DNA of 24,683 bases from a virus (Duplodnaviria; Caudoviricetes), in the IMG/VR virus record IMGVR_UViG_3300032328_000769, positions 1 through 24,683 of that record; one strand, written 5' to 3'. Of the stretch, positions 15,438 through 23,725 are shown one piece after another (within the stretch, counting starts at the first letter, position 1; each line of letters starts with the position of its first letter). Position numbers and translations under genes: made by a program. Below the pieces are notes generated by a model, which saw only the letters and a program-made list of their open reading frames with translations, did not search any database and was not told where the DNA came from.

Positions 15438-18072
15438 CTTGCACCTCTGGCGTAATGCAATTGATCGTCATCGGCAGTGGATTGCTTTGACGTATGGCAA
15501 TCCGGCCCAGTCTCGACCAGCTGCTATTCGTGTACACTTCAAGGGTTTCTGTAATTGCGGGCACGGGCAAATCATAGCCCAATGACACGTCGCGGCCCTT
15601 GACCTCTTTGAGATCGTCAAAACCATTGATTCCTGCAAAAACAGAGCGCGTTTCCTGTACGGTCAAGAACAGGCGCGGGATGTTAATCGGTTTGACCTTG
15701 TTTTGCCCCTGAGGCTGCGCAAAATCCAGCGTTTCCAAATCTGCAGTATAGGGCAGGCCTATGTGCACAACAGCGGCAGGCGTGCCCAGCGTCACAGCGC
15801 CATCAATGACAGACAGGCCATTGACCACGTTGCCATCGGCCAGCACGGCCACGGCTTTGCCTTCAATGTGTTCCAGCGGGCGAAAGACTTTTCTCGCAAA
15901 TTCCCAATCCGTGCGCGGTAAATTTTGATAGGCAACGGGCAATGATTTATTTAAAACCGCAGAGACAACAGTGCCGGACGTGTGCGCGGTGATAGTCAGG
16001 CGGTAGGCTATTTTCCCCGACCAGTACACAATCTGATTTCCCACATCCACCGGCAGGAAAATCGCGCTCGATGCCGTCAGGGTCAAGGTTTCCGTGTCAT
16101 CCCAGTTTGTGCCGCCGCCGATCGTGATCGTGGTTGATCCAGTGTTGCGCCCATCATAGGAAAGACCGCAATCAACAAAATAAGCATCGCGGATATTGGT
16201 AAATCTGCGGCTGGCCATGCGCTCGACATAGCGCTTTGTGTTTCCATTGATCGTGCGCTTGACGATGAAATAAACTGCAGATTCATTGCCCTCACGTATG
16301 CTGCACACGCTCTCGACAAGCCCATCCGTTTCATGCCGATGCCAGGCATAGACCTGTTGTTCTTGCATGAATGTGAAGCCCAAAAGACTTCCATCATCCA
16401 GCACAACCCAGATCACAGAAAACGGATATCGGGCATAAGCCCAGTCAACAATGCGCTTGCCCTCAAACAAATGCGGGCTGCGTGCGGTCAGGTCAATGCC
16501 GCCAAAGGAATCGGAATCAAACTGATATTGCAGCGAGCGGATCACAGAGCTTAAATCTTCAATAAAAAGCGCGGTGTTGTTAATAATGATCGGGCGCACC
16601 TTGCTTGATCCGGTGTACCCCTGAACGCGGGAATTCGGCAAATCCACCGCCGAAATGACATTCTCCACCCCATTGATCAGCTGCTCGGATGTTGAGGTCA
16701 AGACAATCAGCTCTGAGAGCGGGATTAGGTGACGAATGGAAACGGCCTGTGTTGTATCCAGCAACAAAGATATGGATTCATCATCAAGGATCGGATTGCT
16801 TTTACCAAAAAACGAACGCTGGTTTGCGCCAGACATCCATAATCCATTAGGCTGCAGTTTTGTGCCGCCGAGATTAAATCTTTGCTTGCTGTAGGCCGCT
16901 GTGGCGGGATATCCCTCAGTCTCAGACCATGCCGCCTTTGCCCACAAGGCCGTTGCATTGCCAGAACCAACCACAAGATCAGGCAGGCGCTTGATAACAT
17001 CGGCCGTTGCCGTCGTGCCCGCTTGAGCGGTAATGCGCACAATTCCAAAGCCGGAATGCAGATAATCCCAGCGCACACCTGGATCACCATCCGTGGCCGA
17101 TCCTTCCGTGTGATCAGGCCGGAACGTGCCCGTCGTGCCTGTTGTGGCAGAGCTGTAATAATGCGATCCAGCGCGCTTGACCAGACCTGTGGACCCAATG
17201 GCCTTTGCCGCTTCCCAGCGCGCCGTTGTGTCACCAGGCTTTTGCTCAATGTAGAAAAGTTCTCCCACCATCGTTGCATCAAACAAGGTTGCGCTGGCCG
17301 TGATTGTGATCCCCGTTCCCGTGGCAGCAGACGCATAGACCGTGATCACGCCGGTGTTGATATCTTTAAAAGGCCCCTCCTGATTAGGAAAACTTGTAAT
17401 TGTCCATGCATTGTGCGCCGTGCGCGTGACATCACGGGGATAATATTTTTGATTACAGACGGTCAAAACGTCGTTGCTTTGCGCATAACTCAATTCAAAA
17501 AGGTCTGAAGAATCCCAGGGTGTTGCAACGGTGTAAATCTTTTCGGCCGTGCCGCCGCTCACATAGGCTGCATAATTTGTCGTATTGATATTGTTGCCCA
17601 AATAATCAGTGATCTCAAACGTATTTGCCGCCACGTTTTTTACACGCAGGCTACGATTGTTGAGCTCGACCATCCCGACAATGCCCTTGAGAAACACATC
17701 ATCTCCATTGCTGTATCCGTGCGCCGCAGCTGTAACAACGGCAGGATTGGCATTTGTGATTCCCGTGATAGTGACAGCCGCATTGACAACCTCACCCTGA
17801 TCTTTAATCAAGCGCAGCGTTTCATCGCCCAGCACCATCACATAACTCTGGATTTCATTAAAATCAAACGGGATCAAACGGCCTTTTTTTGTGTGATCTT
17901 TAAGCTCTGCAATGAATTTTGTGCCTGAGCGATTCGTAGCACCACCATATTGACGGATAATGAAATTCTTGCAGGTTCGCAGGCCAATATAATAAAGCTC
18001 TTGATCCACGCGCCCATAAAGATGGGGCCCGATCTCTCCTGCGGCAAAACTTGGCTGATTGTAAAATGCCAT
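15424..18072 (-). CDS. Tail nozzle / tail tubular protein B (T7 gp12-like)
   Basis: QPSFAAGEIGPHLYGRVD, GGATNRSGTKF, RLIPFDFN, GYPATAAYSKQR, QQVYAWHRHET, YFVDCG and VHIGLPY; 882 aa; follows the adaptor gene. Confidence 0.92.
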   Translation of the reverse strand: MAFYNQPSFAAGEIGPHLYGRVDQELYYIGLRTCKNFIIRQYGGATNRSGTKFIAELKDHTKKGRLIPFDFNEIQSYVMVLGDETLRLIKDQGEVVNAAVTITGITNANPAVVTAAAHGYSNGDDVFLKGIVGMVELNNRSLRVKNVAANTFEITDYLGNNINTTNYAAYVSGGTAEKIYTVATPWDSSDLFELSYAQSNDVLTVCNQKYYPRDVTRTAHNAWTITSFPNQEGPFKDINTGVITVYASAATGTGITITASATLFDATMVGELFYIEQKPGDTTARWEAAKAIGSTGLVKRAGSHYYSSATTGTTGTFRPDHTEGSATDGDPGVRWDYLHSGFGIVRITAQAGTTATADVIKRLPDLVVGSGNATALWAKAAWSETEGYPATAAYSKQRFNLGGTKLQPNGLWMSGANQRSFFGKSNPILDDESISLLLDTTQAVSIRHLIPLSELIVLTSTSEQLINGVENVISAVDLPNSRVQGYTGSSKVRPIIINNTALFIEDLSSVIRSLQYQFDSDSFGGIDLTARSPHLFEGKRIVDWAYARYPFSVIWVVLDDGSLLGFTFMQEQQVYAWHRHETDGLVESVCSIREGNESAVYFIVKRTINGNTKRYVERMASRRFTNIRDAYFVDCGLSYDGRNTGSTTITIGGGTNWDDTETLTLTASSAIFLPVDVGNQIVYWSGKIAYRLTITAHTSGTVVSAVLNKSLPVAYQNLPRTDWEFARKVFRPLEHIEGKAVAVLADGNVVNGLSVIDGAVTLGTPAAVVHIGLPYTADLETLDFAQPQGQNKVKPINIPRLFLTVQETRSVFAGINGFDDLKEVKGRDVSLGYDLPVPAITETLEVYTNSSWSRLGRIAIRQSNPLPMTINCITPEVQGGYN

Positions 18073-18690
18073 TTACGACCTCGCTGCGGCAAAGCTGCTT
18101 GTCGGCATGGGGTCCTGCTGGCTTTGTGTGATGTTTTGCGCAATAGCCTCGCCCTGCCACATCATCCACGATCTTTCAACAATCTGCATAATCTGCGCAT
18201 TGCAGTTCAAACGTGGTCCCGCGCGCGTTGCAATGAATAATGATAGCGCGTCCGAGAACGTCGCAGAAAACTCTGCAGGCTCTTCAACATCAATGTTGAC
18301 CTCCAAAATCGCCGTGTCCTGATCGCACAAAATGGCTTTCTGGCCATTGTTGCGTACGACCTTAAAAGGGATTTTATCTTCTTCCCGCGCAGGCGTGCGA
18401 TAGGCTGGATTGATAATGCGATTGGCCCGCCGGATGCCCGATGGATATGCATAGAGCTTTTTCCAGTGGCTTTCCCAGCCCGTGCCTGTAATTGTGATTT
18501 CTTGTAGGTTGAGAATTTCAGTGGCAAAATCCCATGGGATCATCTCAAGCAATGTGCGCCGGCAAGGATCAAACCATAAATTGCAGGCCTCAGCCTCAGC
18601 GCTCAGCTCTGTGGCCACCCCTTGAATGGTTTTACCCACCCCAAGATGCCCGAGTGTCATGTTGCAGATTAAGTCTTTTGAATACGCCAT
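18073..18690 (-). CDS. Tail adaptor / tail tubular protein A (T7 gp11-like)
   Basis: LICNMTLGHLG, CNLWFDPCRRTLLEMIPWDFA, YAYPS and FSATFSDALSLFIA; 205 aa; GAGGAGG SD. Confidence 0.9.
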   Translation of the reverse strand: MAYSKDLICNMTLGHLGVGKTIQGVATELSAEAEACNLWFDPCRRTLLEMIPWDFATEILNLQEITITGTGWESHWKKLYAYPSGIRRANRIINPAYRTPAREEDKIPFKVVRNNGQKAILCDQDTAILEVNIDVEEPAEFSATFSDALSLFIATRAGPRLNCNAQIMQIVERSWMMWQGEAIAQNITQSQQDPMPTSSFAAARS

Positions 18691-18691
18691 G

Positions 18692-18718
18692 AGCCGCCTC
18701 CTCTAAGGTTTAGCGGCT
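18692..18718 (-). promoter_or_regulatory. Hairpin sequestering the adaptor gene ribosome-binding site
   Basis: Minus strand AGCCGCT-AAA-CCT-TAG-AGG-A-GGCGGCT: a 7-bp outer stem plus a small inner stem covering GAGGAGG, ending 1 nt before the ATG. Confidence 0.55.
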
Positions 18719-18721
18719 GCC

Positions 18722-19129
18722 TTAGCTCAGCACATCTTGATTTCCAGTGCCTTCACCAACGACATCGCCCTCAATAGGCTCCAAAGCATCAAGCGCAACA
18801 GGATCAACTTCCGCTTCCACCTGTTCGGATTTTTTGCGAGAGCCGCGCTTTGGCTTATCGATTTCATTTTCAATTTTGATCACATGATCCATCGCCGTTT
18901 GATATTGCTCGCTTGAGACCGAAGGCGGCACAGTGATGTGCTGCAGATTCTGTCCGGCAATGACCGTGGCAGACGTGATCGGCTTCTCTTTTGGTTCCGT
19001 GTAATCGGCCGCGAGAACAAGCCATGATGCCTTGACTGGTTTTTGCAAAATGACCGTCTCACCTGCCCGCACAAACTTGTACGGGTCAGATAAAACGCCA
19101 TCAGCTTTTGCTTTGTAATGATAAGCCAT
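18722..19129 (-). CDS. Hypothetical protein of the head module, 135 aa
   Basis: AAGGAG SD and in-operon position. Short beta-rich N-terminus, low-complexity charged C-terminus ending GTGNQDVLS. Confidence 0.8.
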   Translation of the reverse strand: MAYHYKAKADGVLSDPYKFVRAGETVILQKPVKASWLVLAADYTEPKEKPITSATVIAGQNLQHITVPPSVSSEQYQTAMDHVIKIENEIDKPKRGSRKKSEQVEAEVDPVALDALEPIEGDVVGEGTGNQDVLS

Positions 19130-19144
19130 AGTTCAAAATCTCCT

Positions 19145-19585
19145 TTATGATATGCTAAAACCCGATGCATAGTAAGGCAGGTTGCGCTGTGGGTCTTTTA
19201 CAATGCCGGCCGTGATGGAGCCCGTGGTCAGGTTTCCATTGTTAGGTGTATAAACCAAGCCAATATAACGCTCATAAGGAACGGTTGTTCCAATCGGCAG
19301 ACGCACAATGTACTGTGTGCCAGCCGCAGCCAATGCCGGAATGGTTACCAGCGTTTGTATTGTCGAGTCAGACGACAATGAAGCATTATCATCGGTCACC
19401 AAATTCACGGTCAGCGTACTGTCAGAGCTGCTGTCAGTGAAGGCAACATCCACCTCGATGAAGATATAGAGTTCTTCACCTACACCGATTGAGCGTGCAA
19501 CGCCCAGATCAATGACGTTTGTGGAGTCCGCCGCCGCCGTAATGGCCTGAGCTTCTGAAAATAAAAGTTGTTTATCGAGCATCAT
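19145..19585 (-). CDS. Capsid cement/decoration protein (BPP-1 Bbp16-like)
   Basis: MMLDKQLLFSEAQAITAAADSTNVIDLG...YERYIGLVY...GSITAGIV. Directly after the major capsid gene, with an AGGAG SD. Confidence 0.9.
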   Translation of the reverse strand: MMLDKQLLFSEAQAITAAADSTNVIDLGVARSIGVGEELYIFIEVDVAFTDSSSDSTLTVNLVTDDNASLSSDSTIQTLVTIPALAAAGTQYIVRLPIGTTVPYERYIGLVYTPNNGNLTTGSITAGIVKDPQRNLPYYASGFSIS

Positions 19586-19600
19586 GATGGTTTTCTCCTA

Positions 19601-20614
19601 TTAGCTGATGGCTGCTTCTGTGTTCAAAATTGCATCGCACTTGCGCATCGGAATGCCCATGAACGTGGTCTTGAATTGGCCCAAAGCCTCTTCGACTTTT
19701 ACAGCCGCATTGGATTTGCCCAGTGCCTGAATTTTCAGCATCGAGTAAATTGTGCGGTTCATGTAAAATGCGGGCTTAATGCCTTGATCAGACGGGAAAC
19801 GGTCAATCGCGCGGCTCATCAGTTTGATCAAATCAGCCGCAGAGCTTTCTGCGATCAGGTTTGAAACATCGATGTTGCAAATACGAATGACATAGCGCCA
19901 GTCAGCAAGAGCAAGACCGCACTTCCATTGATAGTGATCAACCAATGCGCGGTATCTGTTACCGCTTGCATCTTCCGCATCAGCGCAACCGTCGCCGGAT
20001 GCATCTGTGATAGGCATATGCTGCAGACCAGCTTTTGAGCCTTTCGGGAATACGCCATAAACCGAGCGATCACCCCAACCCACAAGCCAGATCGATGTAT
20101 TGTCAGAGCCTGATCCAGCAGCGCTGATGATGTTCTGGCCGTTTACCGCGCCAGAGATCGTGCTGTAACGTGGAGCAAGTCCTGTAAATTTGTTGGGTTC
20201 AGTTGCCGCGTTTGCGTAGAAAAGAGCCGAAGCCATGTCAATATTCATGGCCTCCATGTGCCCCATGTTCTCGCTCATGCGGAACGCTGCGGAGTTACCA
20301 TTGAGCAAGGCAAGGTCTTTATCGATCTGGCCGCGCTGCTCGTACATCGCGCATGATTCGTTAACCTGAACTGTGGTTGATTTTGTGTTCGGAACGCCCT
20401 GATTGAACGCGCGCCATGTACCTGCAGGCAGGCCCGTGCGCATGTTCAGGCTGTGGCCAGTGGGCAAGTTACCCTCTTTCCAGAGCATGTCCAAAAGAAT
20501 TTCGTTGTTTTGGGAAAGCAACTCCGCGATTGTTGTGCTCACGCTGTTTGTTGCTGGATCGAGACGCTTTGCAAAATCCACAAGCGTTAAAGCATTGGAT
20601 GCCAGAGTGGCCAT
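19601..20614 (-). CDS. Major capsid protein (BPP-1 Bbp17-like, HK97 fold)
   Basis: IAELLSQNNEILLDM, EGNLPTGH, RTGLP, FTGLAPRY, TSIWLVGWG, DWRYVIRICNID and FMGIPMRKCDAILNTEA; 337 aa; strong AGGAG SD. Confidence 0.95.
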   Translation of the reverse strand: MATLASNALTLVDFAKRLDPATNSVSTTIAELLSQNNEILLDMLWKEGNLPTGHSLNMRTGLPAGTWRAFNQGVPNTKSTTVQVNESCAMYEQRGQIDKDLALLNGNSAAFRMSENMGHMEAMNIDMASALFYANAATEPNKFTGLAPRYSTISGAVNGQNIISAAGSGSDNTSIWLVGWGDRSVYGVFPKGSKAGLQHMPITDASGDGCADAEDASGNRYRALVDHYQWKCGLALADWRYVIRICNIDVSNLIAESSAADLIKLMSRAIDRFPSDQGIKPAFYMNRTIYSMLKIQALGKSNAAVKVEEALGQFKTTFMGIPMRKCDAILNTEAAIS

Positions 20615-20635
20615 AGGTTTTCTCCTACTATCTCA

Positions 20636-20686
20636 GGCGCTCCGGTCAGCCAAGTTAATGTTACACAAAAAAAAAGACCTGCGCAA
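20636..20686 (-). promoter_or_regulatory. Putative sigma70-type capsid promoter with GCTGACCGGAG leader element
   Basis: TTGCGC (20686-20681), N17, TAACAT (20663-20658), N7, then GCTGACCGGAG (20650-20640) followed by CGCC. Confidence 0.65.
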
Positions 20687-20703
20687 CTACAATTACACAG
20701 GCC
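20667..20703 (-). terminator. Rho-independent terminator between the scaffold and major capsid genes
   Basis: Minus strand GGCCTGTGTAAT-TGTA-GTTGCGCAGGTC-TTTTTTTTT: a 12-bp stem (four G-U pairs, so it forms fully only on the minus strand) followed by 9 U. Confidence 0.75.
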
Positions 20704-20735
20704 AAGTTTTCAGGATGTGAATTAAATAAAAAAAC

Positions 20736-21473
20736 CTATGTCATATTGGGCCACAAGGCTTTTTCGGGCGACAATTTGCTTTGCCCGCTCGTGCCGCTTG
20801 CGCCGTCGATATTGTCCTCACTCGTGGCTTTGGCAATATTGTTGAGCATGCGCACCATTGCGGGATGAACGCCGTGGCCATGAAACACAAGAAAATCTTG
20901 TATTGTCTCCAAATCCTTGGGATCAGCAAAGCGCTGCACAACCTTGTTGCAATCGGTGACGGTCTTTTCAAGGTTCTGCCCGCCCAGCACAGGATCGGAT
21001 TCGACTTGTTTTTTCCATTCTGCCTTTTGTGCATTGAAAGCATCGATCTGATCTTGCTGCATCTTGATATACAAATCTGCAAAAGGCTGCACCTGATCCT
21101 TGCTCAGCTTATGATCGGCCGCGATTTTGGCCACATCCGCCTTGATTGGATCAGGAATGCTGTAATCATCAGGCAGGGTCAGTTCTTCAACCTTAAATGT
21201 GTTTTCCGGAGTTTCAGGCTTATCCATAGGCGCATCGGCATCCTTGTTATCAGGATCACCGTCTTTTTTATCCTCAGGTTTTTTAAACAGCAGCTGATCG
21301 TCTGCGGGCTTGTCGGCCGGTTTATCTGCAGGCGGCGTGACGGCAGCATCGGCAGGGGTTTTATCGGCCGGCGCAGGTGTATCAGCCGGAGCCGGTGTTG
21401 CTGGCCCAGGGGTTGCTTGCGCCGGCGCTGGTTGATCTGCTGGTGTCGCTGGTGTCTGTGCGGGTTCGGTCAT
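20736..21473 (-). CDS. Capsid scaffolding protein
   Basis: Pro/Ala/Asp/Lys low-complexity N-terminus with ADKP repeats, helical core (WKKQVESDPVLGG, HPAMVRML) and C-terminal LWPNM. Directly before the capsid gene; AGGAG SD. Confidence 0.88.
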   Translation of the reverse strand: MTEPAQTPATPADQPAPAQATPGPATPAPADTPAPADKTPADAAVTPPADKPADKPADDQLLFKKPEDKKDGDPDNKDADAPMDKPETPENTFKVEELTLPDDYSIPDPIKADVAKIAADHKLSKDQVQPFADLYIKMQQDQIDAFNAQKAEWKKQVESDPVLGGQNLEKTVTDCNKVVQRFADPKDLETIQDFLVFHGHGVHPAMVRMLNNIAKATSEDNIDGASGTSGQSKLSPEKALWPNMT

Positions 21474-21729
21474 AATCGTTATCCTCCTTGGATTCTTTAA
21501 GCATTAAATAATAAGCCTCAGGGGCAACTTCATTGACAAATGCCATGACCTCTTCACCAATTGCCTGTCGGCCGGTGATGTGCATGGTTGTGTCACTATC
21601 AGCTGCAAAGGCGCTCATGCCAAATTTACAGCGAATCAGCAAATCGCGCAACACAACTCTGCCTGCGCGGCTTTGTAACAAAAAGCGCCAGCCGTCACGC
21701 AAACGCTGTACAGCATAATCATCCTGCAC
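21382..21729 (-). CDS. Bbp19-like small protein between portal and scaffold
   Basis: GTG 21729 with a GGAG SD overlapping the portal end; LLQSRAGRVVLRDLL...GRQAIG motif. The 3' tail overlaps the scaffold start by 92 nt. Confidence 0.78.
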   Translation of the reverse strand: MQDDYAVQRLRDGWRFLLQSRAGRVVLRDLLIRCKFGMSAFAADSDTTMHITGRQAIGEEVMAFVNEVAPEAYYLMLKESKEDNDYDRTRTDTSDTSRSTSAGASNPWASNTGSG

Positions 21730-23416
21730 CGGCAGTCTCCAAAGCGCGGGCCATGACATTATCGCCGGTCAGATCGGTCTGTGAGAGATTCTTTGCCGCT
21801 TGCGATGCCGCAACGCCCATTTGCGTGGCCTCTGCCATTTGCTGCGCCTGAGCACGCTGTGCCCGCATGGCCTGCACTTCTTCTTGCGTGCGGACCAGAC
21901 GCGGCGGGATGGCAACGTCTTCTGCGTACTGGTCAATGACTTCATCAATGTTGATCTTGTCTTGCGCCTCAGGGCTGATTTGACCCATCTGCCCGACAAA
22001 GGCAACATAACGCTCAATATTGCCGATTCCCATGGCCTTTTGAGCCTGAGCCAGAACGGAAATGTATTCAACCTTGAGCGGCATGCCTTGAATTTCTTTG
22101 GGCGGTGGCGGTAAATACCCGCGACGCGCCATGATGTTAAACACGCGGTCAATCATGGGATCGAGCAATTCATCATTGAGGCGCTCAAGCACAGGGCCCA
22201 GCATCATCAGCTTTTCTTCGCGCATGGTATTGATCTGCGTGGCCGTGATGTTTGGTTGATCTGCAAATTCTGTGACCATCAAAAACAGATTCTTGAAAAA
22301 CGCTTCATCAATCCGGCGCTCGACCTGCCGTTGCTTTTCTTCTATCGCATTGAGCGGCGCATTGTTAATCTGATACGCAGGTTTCCAACCCTGCTGCGCG
22401 GACGTGGTCAGGCCGTTGACATACGTGGTGTCACCTGGAAGCTGTGTTGTGCGGTGATTGCGTAAAGACGCATCGCCAACCATTGTGGGCTTGGCAATCT
22501 GATCAAGCATCTGCAGGGCTCTCTTTTCGCCCAGCTGCAATTGCTTTCCATCCCCCAGAGCAATCTCACCGCATCCAAAACCCCATGTGTCTTCGCCCAA
22601 AATGTCCCAGCGCGGGCAGACCATAGGCTGATCATCATATCCGCTGTATTTTAAGATCGTGCCCCGCTCGCCATTGCCCGACGGATCAAGCCAGACAGAC
22701 GCATATTCTTTAAATTGCGATAAAGAACTGCCCGCTCTGAACATGCGATTAGGTTCGACCATATGCACAACAGGAAAGTATTGCTCATAATCGCCACGAT
22801 CATAACAATTGCGCACCACGGTGGGGCAGCTCTCAAGACCGAATTTCTCAACCCATTGCACCACGCGCATATTGATATCGCGGAACATTGTATTGACGCG
22901 GCCGGCTGCGCTTGTGGAAATCATAAACGTGCCCATTGGGAAATCATGCGCGCGGGCGATGTCTTGCGTGTCCTCTTCAATAAACATGCCGCCCGTGCCG
23001 TAAATGCCCAGCGTGCTGTAAAGGCTTTTAAGCCGGTCATAAATGTTTGAGCGTGAGAGCACCAGACGCATGCGCCGCTCAGTGTCATAAAGCCATTCTT
23101 TGACAGGTTGAAACTCCTGCAGCTCAGGATCAGGCGTGCCCAGCCGGAACCACGGGCGCATAGGTGATGTCACACCCGCTTGCATACCGGCCGGAAGCGC
23201 ACGCACCGCCATGCGCGGAGACGTGTTAAGGATATCCAAATCCTGCCGTGTCGCATCGTTGATCTGTTCGCCCTCAAAGCGCGCAGTGCGGGGAGCCAAA
23301 AAGTTACGGATATCCCGCCACAATGCCTCATACGTCGCACGCTCATTGCGCAGGGCAACATAACGCGCCTTGTAAAGACGGCAGAACTCTTCCTGATTGA
23401 TTGGCACATTTGCCAT
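21719..23416 (-). CDS. Portal / head-tail connector (T7 gp8, BPP-1-like)
   Basis: WRDIRNFLAP, TSPMRPWFRL, PRWDILGEDTWGFG, TATQINTMREEKLMMLGPVLERLNDELLDPMIDR and VEYISVLAQAQK; 565 aa. Confidence 0.96.
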   Translation of the reverse strand: MANVPINQEEFCRLYKARYVALRNERATYEALWRDIRNFLAPRTARFEGEQINDATRQDLDILNTSPRMAVRALPAGMQAGVTSPMRPWFRLGTPDPELQEFQPVKEWLYDTERRMRLVLSRSNIYDRLKSLYSTLGIYGTGGMFIEEDTQDIARAHDFPMGTFMISTSAAGRVNTMFRDINMRVVQWVEKFGLESCPTVVRNCYDRGDYEQYFPVVHMVEPNRMFRAGSSLSQFKEYASVWLDPSGNGERGTILKYSGYDDQPMVCPRWDILGEDTWGFGCGEIALGDGKQLQLGEKRALQMLDQIAKPTMVGDASLRNHRTTQLPGDTTYVNGLTTSAQQGWKPAYQINNAPLNAIEEKQRQVERRIDEAFFKNLFLMVTEFADQPNITATQINTMREEKLMMLGPVLERLNDELLDPMIDRVFNIMARRGYLPPPPKEIQGMPLKVEYISVLAQAQKAMGIGNIERYVAFVGQMGQISPEAQDKINIDEVIDQYAEDVAIPPRLVRTQEEVQAMRAQRAQAQQMAEATQMGVAASQAAKNLSQTDLTGDNVMARALETAGAG

Positions 23417-23417
23417 T

Positions 23418-23651
23418 TTATTGCCCGTAAAGCGTTTTTGTTGCCGTGGTGGCTGAATCAGTCAGGCCCGCGCCTCCGGTGATCAGCGTGTTATTGGCCG
23501 CAGATGAACGCATACGACGACGACGCTCTGCATTGCGCGAACGGGTCACAGACGCATCTTGCTCCTGTGGCGCAGGGGCTGGTTGCTCAACAACAGGCGG
23601 ATCAGGAATTTGAACAGGCGCAGGGGCTTTGGGTTTAGATGGAACGCACAT
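23418..23651 (-). CDS. Small Met-Cys, Pro-rich virion protein upstream of the portal (T7 gp6.7/7.3 positional analogue), 77 aa
   Basis: Start reassigned to ATG 23651 (GGAGG SD). MCVPSKPKAPAPVQIPDPP...RRRR...TLITGGAGL...TKTLYGQ is typical of the pre-portal gene in this phage group. Confidence 0.82.
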   Translation of the reverse strand: MCVPSKPKAPAPVQIPDPPVVEQPAPAPQEQDASVTRSRNAERRRRMRSSAANNTLITGGAGLTDSATTATKTLYGQ

Positions 23652-23672
23652 TTTAAGCCTCCAATTATGGAA

Positions 23673-23725
23673 GGCCATCTCCGGTCAGCTCTTACGATCT
23701 TATGCTATTGGATTGTAATCATCAA
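23673..23725 (-). promoter_or_regulatory. Putative sigma70-type promoter for the portal operon with GCTGACCGGAG leader element
   Basis: TTGATG (23725-23720), N17, TAAGAT (23702-23697, which includes the terminase TAA), N7, then GCTGACCGGAG (23689-23679) followed by ATGGCC. Confidence 0.65.

Noticed and set aside
19601-19680. T7 gp10B-like programmed frameshift or read-through from capsid into cement
   Set aside because: No slippery heptamer near the capsid end, a tandem TAA TAG stop, and the cement gene has its own strong RBS.
21290-21470. Short repeats in the scaffold 5' region, and the collagen-like repeat at about 4090-4130
   Set aside because: These are protein-level low-complexity repeats (PA/ADKP, GxT), not CRISPR or regulatory arrays.
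20781-21500. 239-aa plus-strand ORF and the many other plus-strand or alternate-frame ORFs in the track
   Set aside because: They lie opposite or within well-supported structural genes, with no recognisable motifs or RBS, as expected for shadow ORFs.
23474-23487. GCTGATCACCGGAG resembling the leader motif
   Set aside because: It lies within coding sequence (Leu-Ile-Thr-Gly-Gly), with no promoter context seen.
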